DNA of 64,000 nt from an uncultured Thermoplasmata archaeon (lineage in GTDB: Archaea; Thermoplasmatota; Thermoplasmata; Lutacidiplasmatales; UBA184): NCBI GenBank assembly GCA_963797975.1, contig CAWCRH010000006.1, positions 10,754 through 74,753 of the forward strand, written 5' to 3'. Every line of letters starts with the position of its first letter. Positions within the stretch are counted from its first letter, which is position 1. The notes under the pieces are model-generated. The model did no database searches, had not been told where the DNA came from, and saw only the letters and a list, made by a program, of their open reading frames with translations. Shown here one piece after another: positions 54,237-64,000 of this stretch. A program made the translations under genes and the position numbers.

Positions 54237-56811
54237 ATGGACCCGGGCGAGTACGACCTTTCCATCTTCCACCGGCTGGGCATGGCGAGACGCGTCTGCT
54301 CGAGCTGTGGCCACGCCTTCTGGACGCTGGGCGAGCACAGCCGATGCCAGGAAGCCCCGTGCACGCCCTACGGCTTCATCGGCCGACCGATCTTCCAAAG
54401 ATCCTACGCGCTCGCCGAGATGCGCGAGGCCTACCTGTCGTTCTTCGAGAGGCACGGGCACACCCGCCTGCGCCGCTATCCGGTCGTCGCCCGCTGGCGG
54501 AACGACGTCTTCTTCACGCAGGCGAGCATCTACGACTTCCAGCCGTGGGTGACGAGCGGTGCCATCCCGCCCCCGGCGAACCCGCTCACGATCTCTCAAC
54601 CGTGCCTACGGTTCATCGATTTGGAGGAGGTGGGCCGAAGCGGCCGCCACTTCACGTTGTTCGAAATGATGGCTCACCACGCCTTCAATCGGCCGGACCA
54701 TGAGGTCTACTTCAAGGACCGATGCGTCGAGCTTTGTCACGAGCTGCTGGCGGGCGAGCTCGGCACCGACCCTCGAGCGATCACCTACAAGGAAGAGGAA
54801 TGGGAGGGCGGAGGGAACCTCGGCCCGTCGCTAAGCGTAGGCGTCGCAGGGCTCGAACTCGCGACCCTCGTCTTCATGGAGTACGTCCGGGACGGAGAGC
54901 GACTGGCGCCAATGCCGCTCACCGTGGTCGACACCGGCTGACGGGCTCGAGCGGTTCGTCTGGGCGAGCCAGGGGACGAAGACGGCGTACGAGGCGTCCT
55001 TCGCGAGCGCCTACGAAGAGTTGCGACAGAATCTTCCCGCGCCCGAGGCCGCGATCGCCATTGACCACGCGCGCGCTCTCAACTTCATGCTCACGGACGG
55101 GGTCGTCCCGTCGAACGCGAAGGAGGGCTACTTCGCCCGGCTCCTGATCCGACGGACGCTTCGCGTACTTTCCAAGGCGTCTGAGCCGGTGGAGCTCATT
55201 GCGGTGGTCGAGCGGGTCGGGCGAGAGCTTGCGCGCGACTATCCCGAGGTCGGAGCCCACCGGGCCGACCGAGACCGCATCCTGGCGGCGGAGATCGAGC
55301 GCTACACGGAGGCGGTGGAGCGAGCCCGCCCCGTCCTTCGTCGGCACGAGGAGCGCCTGAAGGCAAGCGGCCAGAGCGTCGGGGTCGAGGAGCTGGTCGA
55401 GTGGTACGACTCCCTCGGGGTCCCTCCGGACGTCGCCTCGAGCCTGCTCGAGAGGCCGGTGCCGGTACCGGATGGGTTCTACGCATTGGTCGCCGAGCGA
55501 CACGCAGGTGAGACCCCCTCGAACGAGTACGCCCAGGACGCGGGGAAACTCGCGAACATCCCGCCCAGCATCCCCGCGACCGAGGTAGGGTACTACCTCG
55601 ACCCCTACACGACCTCCTTCGAGGCGCGGGTCCTCTGGTCGCAGGGACCGCTCGTCGTGCTCGACCGCACGTTCTTCTATCCGACCGGTGGCGGCCAGGT
55701 GAACGACACGGGGGACCTTGGCGAGGTGCCGGTGGTGGAAGTACAGCGCCAGGGTCCATGGGTCGTGCACCGGCTCGACCACCCAGCCGCCTTCGGGCCG
55801 GGGGACCGGGTGCACGCGCATATCGACCGGGCTCGCCGGACCCAGCTCATGCAGCACCACACGGCCACCCATCTTCTGAACGGCACCCTCCGAGAGGTGC
55901 TCGGCCCTCACATCTGGCAGAGCGGTGCCTACAAGGGACCGGAGATGGCGCGGATCGACGTAACGCACTATAAGCCGCTCTCCCGCGACGAGCTCCGTCA
56001 TATCGAGCACCGGGTGAACGAGGTCGTCCGCGAGAACCGGCCCGTCAAGAGCTACTTCGAATCGCGGACGGAGGCGGAGCGCCGCTTTGGCTTCACGCTC
56101 TACCAGGGCGGAGCGGTCCCGGGCAAGGAGCTTCGGATCGTCGAGGTCGAGGGGTTCGATGTGGAGGCATGCGGGGGAACTCACTGTACGCACACGAGCG
56201 AGGTCGGGGCGATCGCCCTGCTCGGGGTCGAGCGGATCCAGGACGGCGTCGTTCGCCTCACCTACGCGAGCGGGGAGCGGGCGATCGATATCCGCGAGGA
56301 GCACGAGGCGGTCCTCCATGAGGCCGCGAAGCGGCTCGGGGTACCGGTCGAGCACCTCCCGGACGGGATCGACCGGCTCCTCGCCGAGGTCGAGGCGTCG
56401 CGCCGCGCCGAGAAGGGCCGCCGCAAGGACGACCTGAGCGCCGTGGCCGAGCGACTGTTGGGAGACCCGGGCAACACGGAGGCCTCCGGGCCGGTGACCG
56501 TGATCCGGGCCCAGGTCGACCTCGACCGTGCCGAGATGATGGAGCTCTCCCGGCTCCTCTCCAAGGGCCCCGACCGCGTCGTTCTCCTCGCCTCCGAGCG
56601 GGAGGGCCGCGGCACCCTCTTCATCGGTTCGACGGCCCCATCGATCCCAGCCCAAGAGCTCCTCAAGCTCGCGCTGCCGGCGTTCCAGGGGAAAGGGGGC
56701 GGGAACCCGGCCTCGGCGACGGCGGTCGGAGAACCCGGTCCCCCGCTGGAGAGCGCGCTCGAGCTCGCCCGCTCGGAAACGCGCCGCCGCGCCGCGGCCC
56801 GCCCTGACTGA
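54237..56811 (+). CDS. alaS: Alanine--tRNA ligase (frameshift near 54939)
   Basis: RYPVVARWR, GRHFTLFEMMAHH, DTG/YGLER, QHHTATH, EACGGTH, GKGGG. Confidence 0.94.
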
Positions 56812-56821
56812 CCGCAAAGCA

Positions 56822-57466
56822 TCACGCGAGCGCCGGGACGAGGTAGACCAGCACGTCGAGCGCCACCGCGGGTACGAGCGTCATCGCGAGGTCGTCGTCG
56901 ACCGGTCCCCATTTAGGCCATTCCGCGATGAGCGCGAGGGCCGCTGCGAGCAGGGCGAGCCCGACCGCGGACCCGCCGGGATAGTGACCGATCCCGACGA
57001 GGGCGAGCGTCGTGAGCCCGACGTAGGCCGCGTACGGGAGCGCGGGATATAGACGGCGATAGCGCGAAGAGAGGCGGAGCTCGCCCGCGAGCGGGTCGAC
57101 GATCGCGGTTCCGAGGATCACAGCGGCCGCGATCGGCTCGGGGAAGAGGAGCACCGCGACCACCAGCGCGATCGCGAAGTAGGCGTAGCTCGCCAGCCGG
57201 TGGGATTCGTACGGACGGATGACCGGGATCTCGACGTAGCCTGCGAGGCGGAGCCCTTCAAGGACGAGCACGGCGGCTAGGGCGATGAGGGGAATGGCCT
57301 GGTTGGGGATCCCGAGGAGCACGTTCGCAGGCAAGAGGTAGTAGACGAGGACGGCAGCGCCCAGTCCGTGCAGGATCCGTCGCCAGATCCGGTCCCCGAG
57401 TTCGGCATCGCCCCCGAAGCGGGCGCCGAGCCAAGACCGAAACCGCCCGCCACGATGCAGCCGCAT
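56822..57466 (-). CDS. Dolichol/phytol-kinase-like membrane protein
   Basis: WRRILH, DPLAGE, VDDDLAM; multiple TM. Confidence 0.65.
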   Translation of the reverse strand: MRLHRGGRFRSWLGARFGGDAELGDRIWRRILHGLGAAVLVYYLLPANVLLGIPNQAIPLIALAAVLVLEGLRLAGYVEIPVIRPYESHRLASYAYFAIALVVAVLLFPEPIAAAVILGTAIVDPLAGELRLSSRYRRLYPALPYAAYVGLTTLALVGIGHYPGGSAVGLALLAAALALIAEWPKWGPVDDDLAMTLVPAVALDVLVYLVPALA

Positions 57467-57555
57467 GCTGAACCTTCACCGGGAAGGGCCCTCCCCTAAG
57501 AACGTTCGGCCCCGACCCGGCGACAGCTATTTGTCCCGCGGCCTCTGGCCCGGCC

Positions 57556-58017
57556 GTGAAGGTCGCCATCCTGGTCGGGAGTCGGTCGGACCTGGAGAGC
57601 GCCGAGAAGGTCCGCACCCGGCTCGCCGAGCTCGGGGTACCCTCCGAGGTCCACGTTGCGTCGGCCCACCGCACCCCGGAGAAGGTCGACCGCCTCACGC
57701 AGGACCCCGAGACGGAGGTGTACGTCGCGATGGCGGGACTATCCGCCGCCCTCCCCGGGGCCGTCGCCGCGCGCACCACAAAACCGGTGATCGGGGTGCC
57801 GCTTCACCGCGGACTCGGGCTCGATAGCCTGCTCAGCGTCGTACAGATGCCCCCGGGTGTGCCGGTCGCGGCCGTCGGGCTGGACGCGACCGAGAACGCC
57901 GCCCTCCTCGCCGTGGAGATCCTTGCCCTGAAGTACCCCGAGCTCCGAGCGTCGCTCGACCGCTATCGCGCCCGCTGGCGCGAGGAGCCTACGGAGGCTA
58001 CGCGGAGCCCGCCATGA
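57556..58017 (+). CDS. purE: N5-CAIR mutase/AIR carboxylase
   Basis: GSRSD, SAHRTP, PVIGVP, QMPPGVPVA. Confidence 0.96.
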   Translation: MKVAILVGSRSDLESAEKVRTRLAELGVPSEVHVASAHRTPEKVDRLTQDPETEVYVAMAGLSAALPGAVAARTTKPVIGVPLHRGLGLDSLLSVVQMPPGVPVAAVGLDATENAALLAVEILALKYPELRASLDRYRARWREEPTEATRSPP

Positions 58018-58961
58018 ACGACCCGAAGGAGTTCGTTCAGAGCGCAGTCGAGGCTCTGCGACGTTCGATCGACGGCCGGGTCATCATCGCGGCCAGCGGG
58101 GGGATCGATTCCACGGTGGCCGTCCGGCTGACCGAGATGGCCCTCGGCGACCGTGCGCGCGCGATCTTCGTCGACACGGGCCTGCTCCGCGAGGGAGAGG
58201 TGGCTCGCGTGCGCGCCTTCTTCAACGCCAGCGCGACGGACGTCACCGTCGTGCCGGCCGAGGAGGTCTTCCTCTCGGCCCTCGCGGGCGTCCGCGACCC
58301 GGAGGAGAAACGGCGGCGGATCGGTCACGCCTTCATTCGCACTTTCGAGACCGAGGCCGATCGCTTCGGTACCGACCGGCTCGTCCAAGGAACGATCGCG
58401 CCGGATTGGATCGAGAGCGGGGGGTCGAAACGCGACACGATCAAGACCCACCACAACGTGGGTGGGGTCCCCGAGGACAGCCGCCTCCGCCTCGTGGAAC
58501 CGCTCCGCGACCTCTACAAGGACGAGATCCGCGCGGTCGCTCGGGAGCTTCGTATCCCGGACCCGGATCGGCAGCCGTTCCCCGGGCCTGGGCTCGCGGT
58601 GCGCGTTCAGGGTGAGGTGACGCGCGAGCGGCTGCGTCGCGCGCGGGTCGCGAACCGCGTCGTCGAGGAGGAGGTGGACCGCGCGGTCGCCGAGCACACG
58701 ATCTCGCGCCCCTGGCAGTACTTCGCGGTCCTCCTGGACGGACGGACCGTCGGCGTCACGGGGGACAACCGCGCCTATGGCGAGGCCGTGAGCATACGGG
58801 TGGTCGAGTCGATCGACGCGATGACCGCCCAGGCGATGGACCTGCCCCGGGAGGTCGGTCGCCGCATGGCCGAGCGGATCACCCGCGAGCTCGCGGGCGA
58901 GGTGGTCCGGGTGCTCTACGACGTGACCGACAAGCCCCCCGCGACCATCGAGTGGGAATAG
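58014..58961 (+). CDS. guaAB: GMP synthase subunit B
   Basis: SGGIDS, PEEKRRRIG, IKTHHNV, QPFPGPGL, KPPATIEWE. Confidence 0.96.
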   Translation: MNDPKEFVQSAVEALRRSIDGRVIIAASGGIDSTVAVRLTEMALGDRARAIFVDTGLLREGEVARVRAFFNASATDVTVVPAEEVFLSALAGVRDPEEKRRRIGHAFIRTFETEADRFGTDRLVQGTIAPDWIESGGSKRDTIKTHHNVGGVPEDSRLRLVEPLRDLYKDEIRAVARELRIPDPDRQPFPGPGLAVRVQGEVTRERLRRARVANRVVEEEVDRAVAEHTISRPWQYFAVLLDGRTVGVTGDNRAYGEAVSIRVVESIDAMTAQAMDLPREVGRRMAERITRELAGEVVRVLYDVTDKPPATIEWE

Positions 58962-58980
58962 GCGCGCATAGGCGCCGGGG

Positions 58981-60885
58981 TCAGAGGAGGCGGACCGCCT
59001 CGAGGTTGTACGGCACGCGCGTCTCGACATTGAAGCGCTTGTGCAGGCTCGAAGAGAGGTCCACCGATTTCGACTCCTCCCCGTGATTGAGCAGGATCCG
59101 CTGCGGTCGCGGGTCGAGAGACGCGACGAAGTTCATCAGCTGCACCCGGTCGGAATGCCCGCTGAATCCCTCGATCGTCGCCATCTCGAGGCGCACCGGG
59201 ACCGAGGCCGGCCTCGGGCCGTCCATGAAGGTCGCCTCCGAGATCCCCCGCTGAAGCCGCTTGCCGAACGTGCCTTCCGCCTGATACCCGACGAAGAGCA
59301 GGCCGCTCTTCTCGTCGGAGCCCCAGGCCCGGAAGTACTCCATCACGGGCCCACCGCTCATCATGCCCGAGGTCGCCAGCACGATGCACGGCTCCTTCGA
59401 GTCGAGCAGGCTCATCCGCATCTGGCTCGAGTCGACGCGGTGGAAGACGTCCGCGAGGAACGGGTTGTCCCCCTGCTGGAAGATCTGGGTCCTCAGTTGG
59501 CTGTTCAGGAACTCCGGATAGGCGGTGTGGATCGCCGTGGCCTCGAAGATCATCCCATCCAAGTAGACCGGGACGCGCGGGATCTTCCCATCGCGCATCC
59601 GCTCCTCGAGCACGAGCATGACCTCCTGAGATCGGCCCACCGCGAAGACGGGCACGATCAGCTTCCCCCCGCGCGAGAGGATCTTGGTCGCCAAGGCGGC
59701 GAACGAGTCCGACGCCTCGAGGCGGCTCGGCTGGACATCGCGGTAGCCCCCGTACGTCGACTCGAGCACGAGCGTCTCCAGCCGTGGGAAGCGGTTGGTC
59801 GCGGGATTGAAGAGCCAGCTCCGCTCGAACTTGATGTCGCCGGAGTAGGCGAGGTTGTGGTCCCCGTCGCCGAGGTGGAAGTGGCAGATGGACGAGCCGA
59901 GAATGTGCCCGGCATTATGCAGGGTGAGCCGAACGTCCGGCGCGATGTCGGTCGTCTCCCCCCAGCGTAGGGGGATCGTGCGCGCGACCAGCTCGCGCAC
60001 ATGCGAGGAATCGTAGAGGCCCTTGCGCGCCTCTTGGTTGACGACCTTGATCGCATCGAGCAGCATCAGGGTCATGAGGTCGCGCGTGGGGGCGGTGCAG
60101 TAGATCGGTCCCTTGTAGCCGTACTTGAGGAGCACCGGGACGAGCCCACAGTGGTCGAGGTGGGCGTGCGTTACGACCACGGCGTCCAGGGAGTCAAGGG
60201 GGAGCAGCTCGGGCGCGTTGAAGAAAGGGGTCCGGTCCGAGCCAGGGTCGAGCCCGCAGTCGATGAGGATCTTGGAGTTCTGGGTGGAGAGCATGTGGGC
60301 GCTGCGCCCGACCTCGCGGTAGCCTCCGAGCGCGGTGCTACGGGCCCAGATCTTCTCGGGCAGGCGCTCTCGCGCGATCCGGATGCCGACCTTCTTGAGG
60401 AAGGTACGACGCTCGTCGAATACGTTCCGTAGGTGGATACGGACCTCCTCCACCGTCTTCGAAGGGATCGGGGGCGTGCGGACGACCGTCGGGATCCAGC
60501 CGATCCTTCGCTTCAGGTCGTTGAGCACGGAGCCGCCGCGTCCGATCGCGACCCCGGGATTCGCCGCCTCGATCGTGACCTCGCCGGTCTCCGGCTCGAA
60601 GAAGAGCTGGTTGATCTCCGCCTCGGCCGGGATCGTCTCGCGGATGAGCTTCTCCGCCTCCTTTGGGTCGATGAGCGTCGCCGGGTCGCTGCGCACGAGC
60701 ACGCGCCGGTGGAGCCGCTGAGCGACCTGTCGGAGGAGGTCCCCGCCCGAGAGGAAGGCATCCAGCTGCTTCGTGTAGATCACGACGTGCGGGCCTTCCA
60801 GCTCGATGTCGGTGACCTCGATCGTCTCCGGGAGCACCTCTTTCAGCGCTTCCCGGGTTTGAGATATCAGGGAATCGAAACTCAT
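58981..60885 (-). CDS. fttA: Beta-CASP ribonuclease aCPSF1 (FttA)
   Basis: N-terminal KH domains, REVGRS, HAHLDH, AGHILGS, FSGHSD. Confidence 0.95.
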   Translation of the reverse strand: MSFDSLISQTREALKEVLPETIEVTDIELEGPHVVIYTKQLDAFLSGGDLLRQVAQRLHRRVLVRSDPATLIDPKEAEKLIRETIPAEAEINQLFFEPETGEVTIEAANPGVAIGRGGSVLNDLKRRIGWIPTVVRTPPIPSKTVEEVRIHLRNVFDERRTFLKKVGIRIARERLPEKIWARSTALGGYREVGRSAHMLSTQNSKILIDCGLDPGSDRTPFFNAPELLPLDSLDAVVVTHAHLDHCGLVPVLLKYGYKGPIYCTAPTRDLMTLMLLDAIKVVNQEARKGLYDSSHVRELVARTIPLRWGETTDIAPDVRLTLHNAGHILGSSICHFHLGDGDHNLAYSGDIKFERSWLFNPATNRFPRLETLVLESTYGGYRDVQPSRLEASDSFAALATKILSRGGKLIVPVFAVGRSQEVMLVLEERMRDGKIPRVPVYLDGMIFEATAIHTAYPEFLNSQLRTQIFQQGDNPFLADVFHRVDSSQMRMSLLDSKEPCIVLATSGMMSGGPVMEYFRAWGSDEKSGLLFVGYQAEGTFGKRLQRGISEATFMDGPRPASVPVRLEMATIEGFSGHSDRVQLMNFVASLDPRPQRILLNHGEESKSVDLSSSLHKRFNVETRVPYNLEAVRLL

Positions 60886-60938
60886 CCACTTCGGAAGGGG
60901 TTGGGAAAGGGGTTGGACCGGCCGACCGCGACGAAAGC

Positions 60939-61613
60939 CTAGGCGAGCGCGGGGGGCAGTGGAATCTTAAGCGCCTTCAAGCGCTTATTGATTTCGTCCT
61001 CACTGAATTCGTGGTATTCCTTGGCTGTGATCGTGTGGATGAGGTATCCATCGCCGCTCGCGCTGTCGCGCTTCATGGCGACCGTAAGGCCGCGCAGGGC
61101 GAGGTCGACGCCGTCGCTGACGGTCATGTCACGGGAGTACACTTCCTCCAGAACGCCGTAGGCGAAGGTCGAGCCGCTACCGACCGATACGTAGCGGTCC
61201 TCGATCGAGCCCCCGGCCGGGTCCACCGAGAAGACGTGACCCCCCTTCGCGTCGACGCCGCCCAGGATGAGCCAGGCGTAGTAGGGGAACATCCGGTTCC
61301 CGGAGAGGATGTTCGCGAGGAGCGTCGCGGCCCCTTCCGCGCTCAGCGGGGCGTTGCGGCGCAGCCGATAGAGCGAGACCTCCGCGCGGAGGTAGCGCGC
61401 GAGCGTCTGGGCGTCCCCGACGAGGCCCGCGATCGTGATCCCGATGTTCTGGTCGATCCGGAAGAGCTTGAACGTCTGCTTGTTGGCGATCATGGTACCC
61501 GCGGTCGCGCGTCGCTCGGTCGCCAGGACGACCCCGTCCTTGCAGACCAGACCGATCGTCGTGGTCCCCTTGAGCAGACGCTCTTCGTCGGCGGGACTGA
61601 TGAGATTCGGCAT
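60939..61613 (-). CDS. psmB: Proteasome subunit beta
   Basis: KG/TTTIG autocleavage site, AGLVGDAQ, GSGS, RDSASG. Confidence 0.96.
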   Translation of the reverse strand: MPNLISPADEERLLKGTTTIGLVCKDGVVLATERRATAGTMIANKQTFKLFRIDQNIGITIAGLVGDAQTLARYLRAEVSLYRLRRNAPLSAEGAATLLANILSGNRMFPYYAWLILGGVDAKGGHVFSVDPAGGSIEDRYVSVGSGSTFAYGVLEEVYSRDMTVSDGVDLALRGLTVAMKRDSASGDGYLIHTITAKEYHEFSEDEINKRLKALKIPLPPALA

Positions 61614-61799
61614 CGAAACCTCCCTGCTACGAGGGAAACGGCCGGGGGACTCGGGGTCGGTATATAACGGCTCACGACGGCGTTACGCCGTCTTCACCGA
61701 GGGAAGTCAGGGAAGCCGTGGGACTCGCGTGAGCGGCGGCGAGAGCCGGTCGCGTGGCGTCACCGCTTAATGCTCGGTCGATTGTAACGGCCCGGTTCT

Positions 61800-63479
61800 A
61801 TGCGTCGGCACGAGGTAGTGGTGGTCGGCGCGGGTCTCGCGGGACAGCGCGCGGCCCTCGCGGCGGTCGAAGCGGGCCGTGAGGTGGCGGTCGTTTCCAA
61901 GCTCCACCCGCTGCGTTCGCACTCGGGAGCGGCCCAAGGGGGGATCAACGCCGCCGTCCGGGCGGACGATTCGATCGATGCCCACATCTACGACACGGTG
62001 AAGGGTTCCGACTATCTCGGGGACCAGGACGCGATCGAGTTCTTCTGCCGGGAGGCCGGCCCGATCGTCGTCGAGATGGAACACTTCGGGACCATCTTCA
62101 ACCGCGCGGAGGACGGCTCTCTCGCCAGCCGCCCGTTCGGCGGAGCCGGTTTCCCGCGCACGATCTATGCCGCGGACCGCACTGGGCTCGCGCTCCTGCA
62201 AGCGCTCTGGGAGCGCCTCGGTTCGGAGGCGAAACGGTTCACGCTCTACTCCGAATCGGACCTCACCCAAATCGTCGTGCGGGACGGGCGGACCCAGGGC
62301 GTCGTTGTCCTGGACCGAAGGACCGGCCAGTTCGAGGGAATCGCGGCCCGCAGCGTCGTCATCGCGACCGGGCCGAGCGGACGGATCTACGCGCGGACCA
62401 CGAACGCCCACAGCTGTACCGGGGACGGAATGGCCGTGGCGTACGAGGCGGGCGCCGCCCTCAAGGACATGGAGTTCGTCCAGTTCCACCCCACGGGACT
62501 TCTCGACTCCGGAATCCTGATCACGGAGGGGGCGCGAGGGGAAGGAGGGTTCCTCACGAACGTCTCGGGCGAGCGGTTCATGGCGAAATACGCCCCACGG
62601 GTCCTCGAGCTCGCGAGCCGGGACGTGGTGTCTCGGGCGATCGTCACGGAGGTGGCCGAGGGCCACGGGTTCCCGGGAGGCTACGTTCATCTCGAGCTCA
62701 TGCACCTCGGCCGGGAACGGATCGAAAGCCGGCTCCAGGAGATCTGTGAGATCTGTCGGAACTTCGCCGGCATCGACCCCGTGACCCAGCCGATCCCCGT
62801 CTATCCCGCCCAACACTACATGATGGGCGGGGTCGGGACGAACATCCAGGGAGCGACCAGCATCGCCGGCCTCTTCGCGGCGGGAGAAGCGGCGTGCGTA
62901 TCGATCCACGGTGCGAACCGCTTAGGGGGGAACTCGCTGATGGAGACCCTCGTCTTCGGTAAGCAAGCGGGGATCGCGGCGGCGGCGTACGCCAGTAAAC
63001 CGGTTTCGACCGAGGTCACGGCCGCGGACGTCGCCCTATCCGAGACCCCGATCCGGGCCATGATGGCCCGCACGGACGGCGTCGATCCCGCGGAGATCCG
63101 TAGCGAGATGCAAGCGACGATGGAGCACTACGTCGGGATCTACCGCACGGAGGCCGACCTTCTCGAGGGACTCCGTCGTATCCGCGCGACCCAGGCGCGG
63201 GCTCAGCAGCTACGGATCGTCGACCAATCGAACGTGTTCAACCTTAACCTGACCGACACCCTGGAGGTTCGTCACATGCTTTCTCTCGCCGAGGTCATCA
63301 TCGTCGGAGCCTTCGCGCGCACCGAGAGCCGCGGAGCGCACTCCCGCATCGATTATCCGAAACGGGACGATGCCCACTGGATGCGACACACGTTGGCGAC
63401 CCGAGGACCGGGAGGACCCTCACTCTCGTACAGCCCGGTCGCCTTCACGCGGTGGGAACCGAAGGAGCGGGTCTACTGA
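61800..63479 (+). CDS. sdhA: Succinate dehydrogenase/fumarate reductase flavoprotein
   Basis: [39 protein letters not shown]. Confidence 0.96.
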   Translation: MRRHEVVVVGAGLAGQRAALAAVEAGREVAVVSKLHPLRSHSGAAQGGINAAVRADDSIDAHIYDTVKGSDYLGDQDAIEFFCREAGPIVVEMEHFGTIFNRAEDGSLASRPFGGAGFPRTIYAADRTGLALLQALWERLGSEAKRFTLYSESDLTQIVVRDGRTQGVVVLDRRTGQFEGIAARSVVIATGPSGRIYARTTNAHSCTGDGMAVAYEAGAALKDMEFVQFHPTGLLDSGILITEGARGEGGFLTNVSGERFMAKYAPRVLELASRDVVSRAIVTEVAEGHGFPGGYVHLELMHLGRERIESRLQEICEICRNFAGIDPVTQPIPVYPAQHYMMGGVGTNIQGATSIAGLFAAGEAACVSIHGANRLGGNSLMETLVFGKQAGIAAAAYASKPVSTEVTAADVALSETPIRAMMARTDGVDPAEIRSEMQATMEHYVGIYRTEADLLEGLRRIRATQARAQQLRIVDQSNVFNLNLTDTLEVRHMLSLAEVIIVGAFARTESRGAHSRIDYPKRDDAHWMRHTLATRGPGGPSLSYSPVAFTRWEPKERVY

Positions 63480-64000
63480 TGGCGAGCGCGACCGTTACGA
63501 CGCCCGTCGATGTGTACCGGTTCGACCCGGCCCGGGACCGGGCCCCGCGGTACGAGCGGTTCACCCTGGAACTCGAACCGCACACCCCCGTGCTGACCGC
63601 CCTCCTAAAGATCCGCTACGAGAAAGACCCGTCCCTCGCGCTGCGCTACTCCTGCCGCGCCGCCATCTGCGGCTCCTGCGCGATGCAGATCAACTCGAAG
63701 AGCCGGCTCGCGTGCCAGACGCAGGTCGGACCTGAACTGGCCGAGCACGGTCGCGTGGTCGTCGAGCCGATGCGAAACCAGCCCGTGCTCCGCGACCTGG
63801 TCGTCGACCAGAGCCCGTTCTGGCAGGAGTACGACCGCATCGAGCCGTTCCTGAAGCTCGACCCCCGTCACCCGATGCCCGAAGGTCGACCAAACTCGAT
63901 GAGCCCGGCGGAGGTCGAACGTTTCTACGAGACCCCTCGCTGTATCGCGTGCGCCGCCTGCTATTCAGCGTGCCCCGCCGTGGAAAGCGACCCGGCGTTC
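63479..64000 (+). CDS. sdhB: Succinate dehydrogenase iron-sulfur subunit (partial)
   Basis: ATG overlaps the sdhA stop; SCRAAICGSC...RLAC and CIACAACYSACP. Confidence 0.93.
   Translation, partial: MASATVTTPVDVYRFDPARDRAPRYERFTLELEPHTPVLTALLKIRYEKDPSLALRYSCRAAICGSCAMQINSKSRLACQTQVGPELAEHGRVVVEPMRNQPVLRDLVVDQSPFWQEYDRIEPFLKLDPRHPMPEGRPNSMSPAEVERFYETPRCIACAACYSACPAVESDPAF

Noticed and set aside
54237..56811. Genuinely split AlaRS or TGA recoding at 54939
   Set aside because: The break falls inside motif 3; deleting one G restores DTGYGLER in frame, so an indel error is more likely than a split or selenocysteine
61676..61692. GACGGCG-TTA-CGCCGTC hairpin between psmB and sdhA
   Set aside because: Single short GC-rich palindrome with no second copy seen; could be chance

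Overview
High-GC archaeal chromosomal segment, most likely Thermoplasmata. This is inferred from the unsplit rpoB, a stand-alone 16S rRNA gene and thermopsin-type surface repeats. It is mostly housekeeping: rpe, oppBCDF, priL, rtcB, a biotin-dependent carboxyl-transfer operon, pstS-C/A-B, cysH-sat-cysC, ribB-L-C-H, 16S rRNA, rpoH-B-A1-A2-rpl30e-nusA, purS/L/E, guaAB, dph6, a B12-dependent acyl-CoA mutase, folC, nth, alaS, aCPSF1, psmB and sdhAB. It also holds an IS1182-family element and a large S53/thermopsin surface protease. At least 13 single-base frameshifts, several in essential genes, point to long-read assembly errors. Two signals stand out. (1) A tRNA-Lys(UUU) gene is interrupted by two non-canonical BHB-type introns (positions 20/21 and 59/60) and sits directly in front of the RNA polymerase operon. 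(2) A birA-12S-5S-1.3S operon has no biotin carboxylase and no Na+-pump subunit, which matches a Propionibacterium-like transcarboxylase architecture in an archaeon. Its 5S subunit carries an epsilon-like tail. The mutase has isobutyryl-CoA-mutase rather than methylmalonyl-CoA-mutase signature residues.
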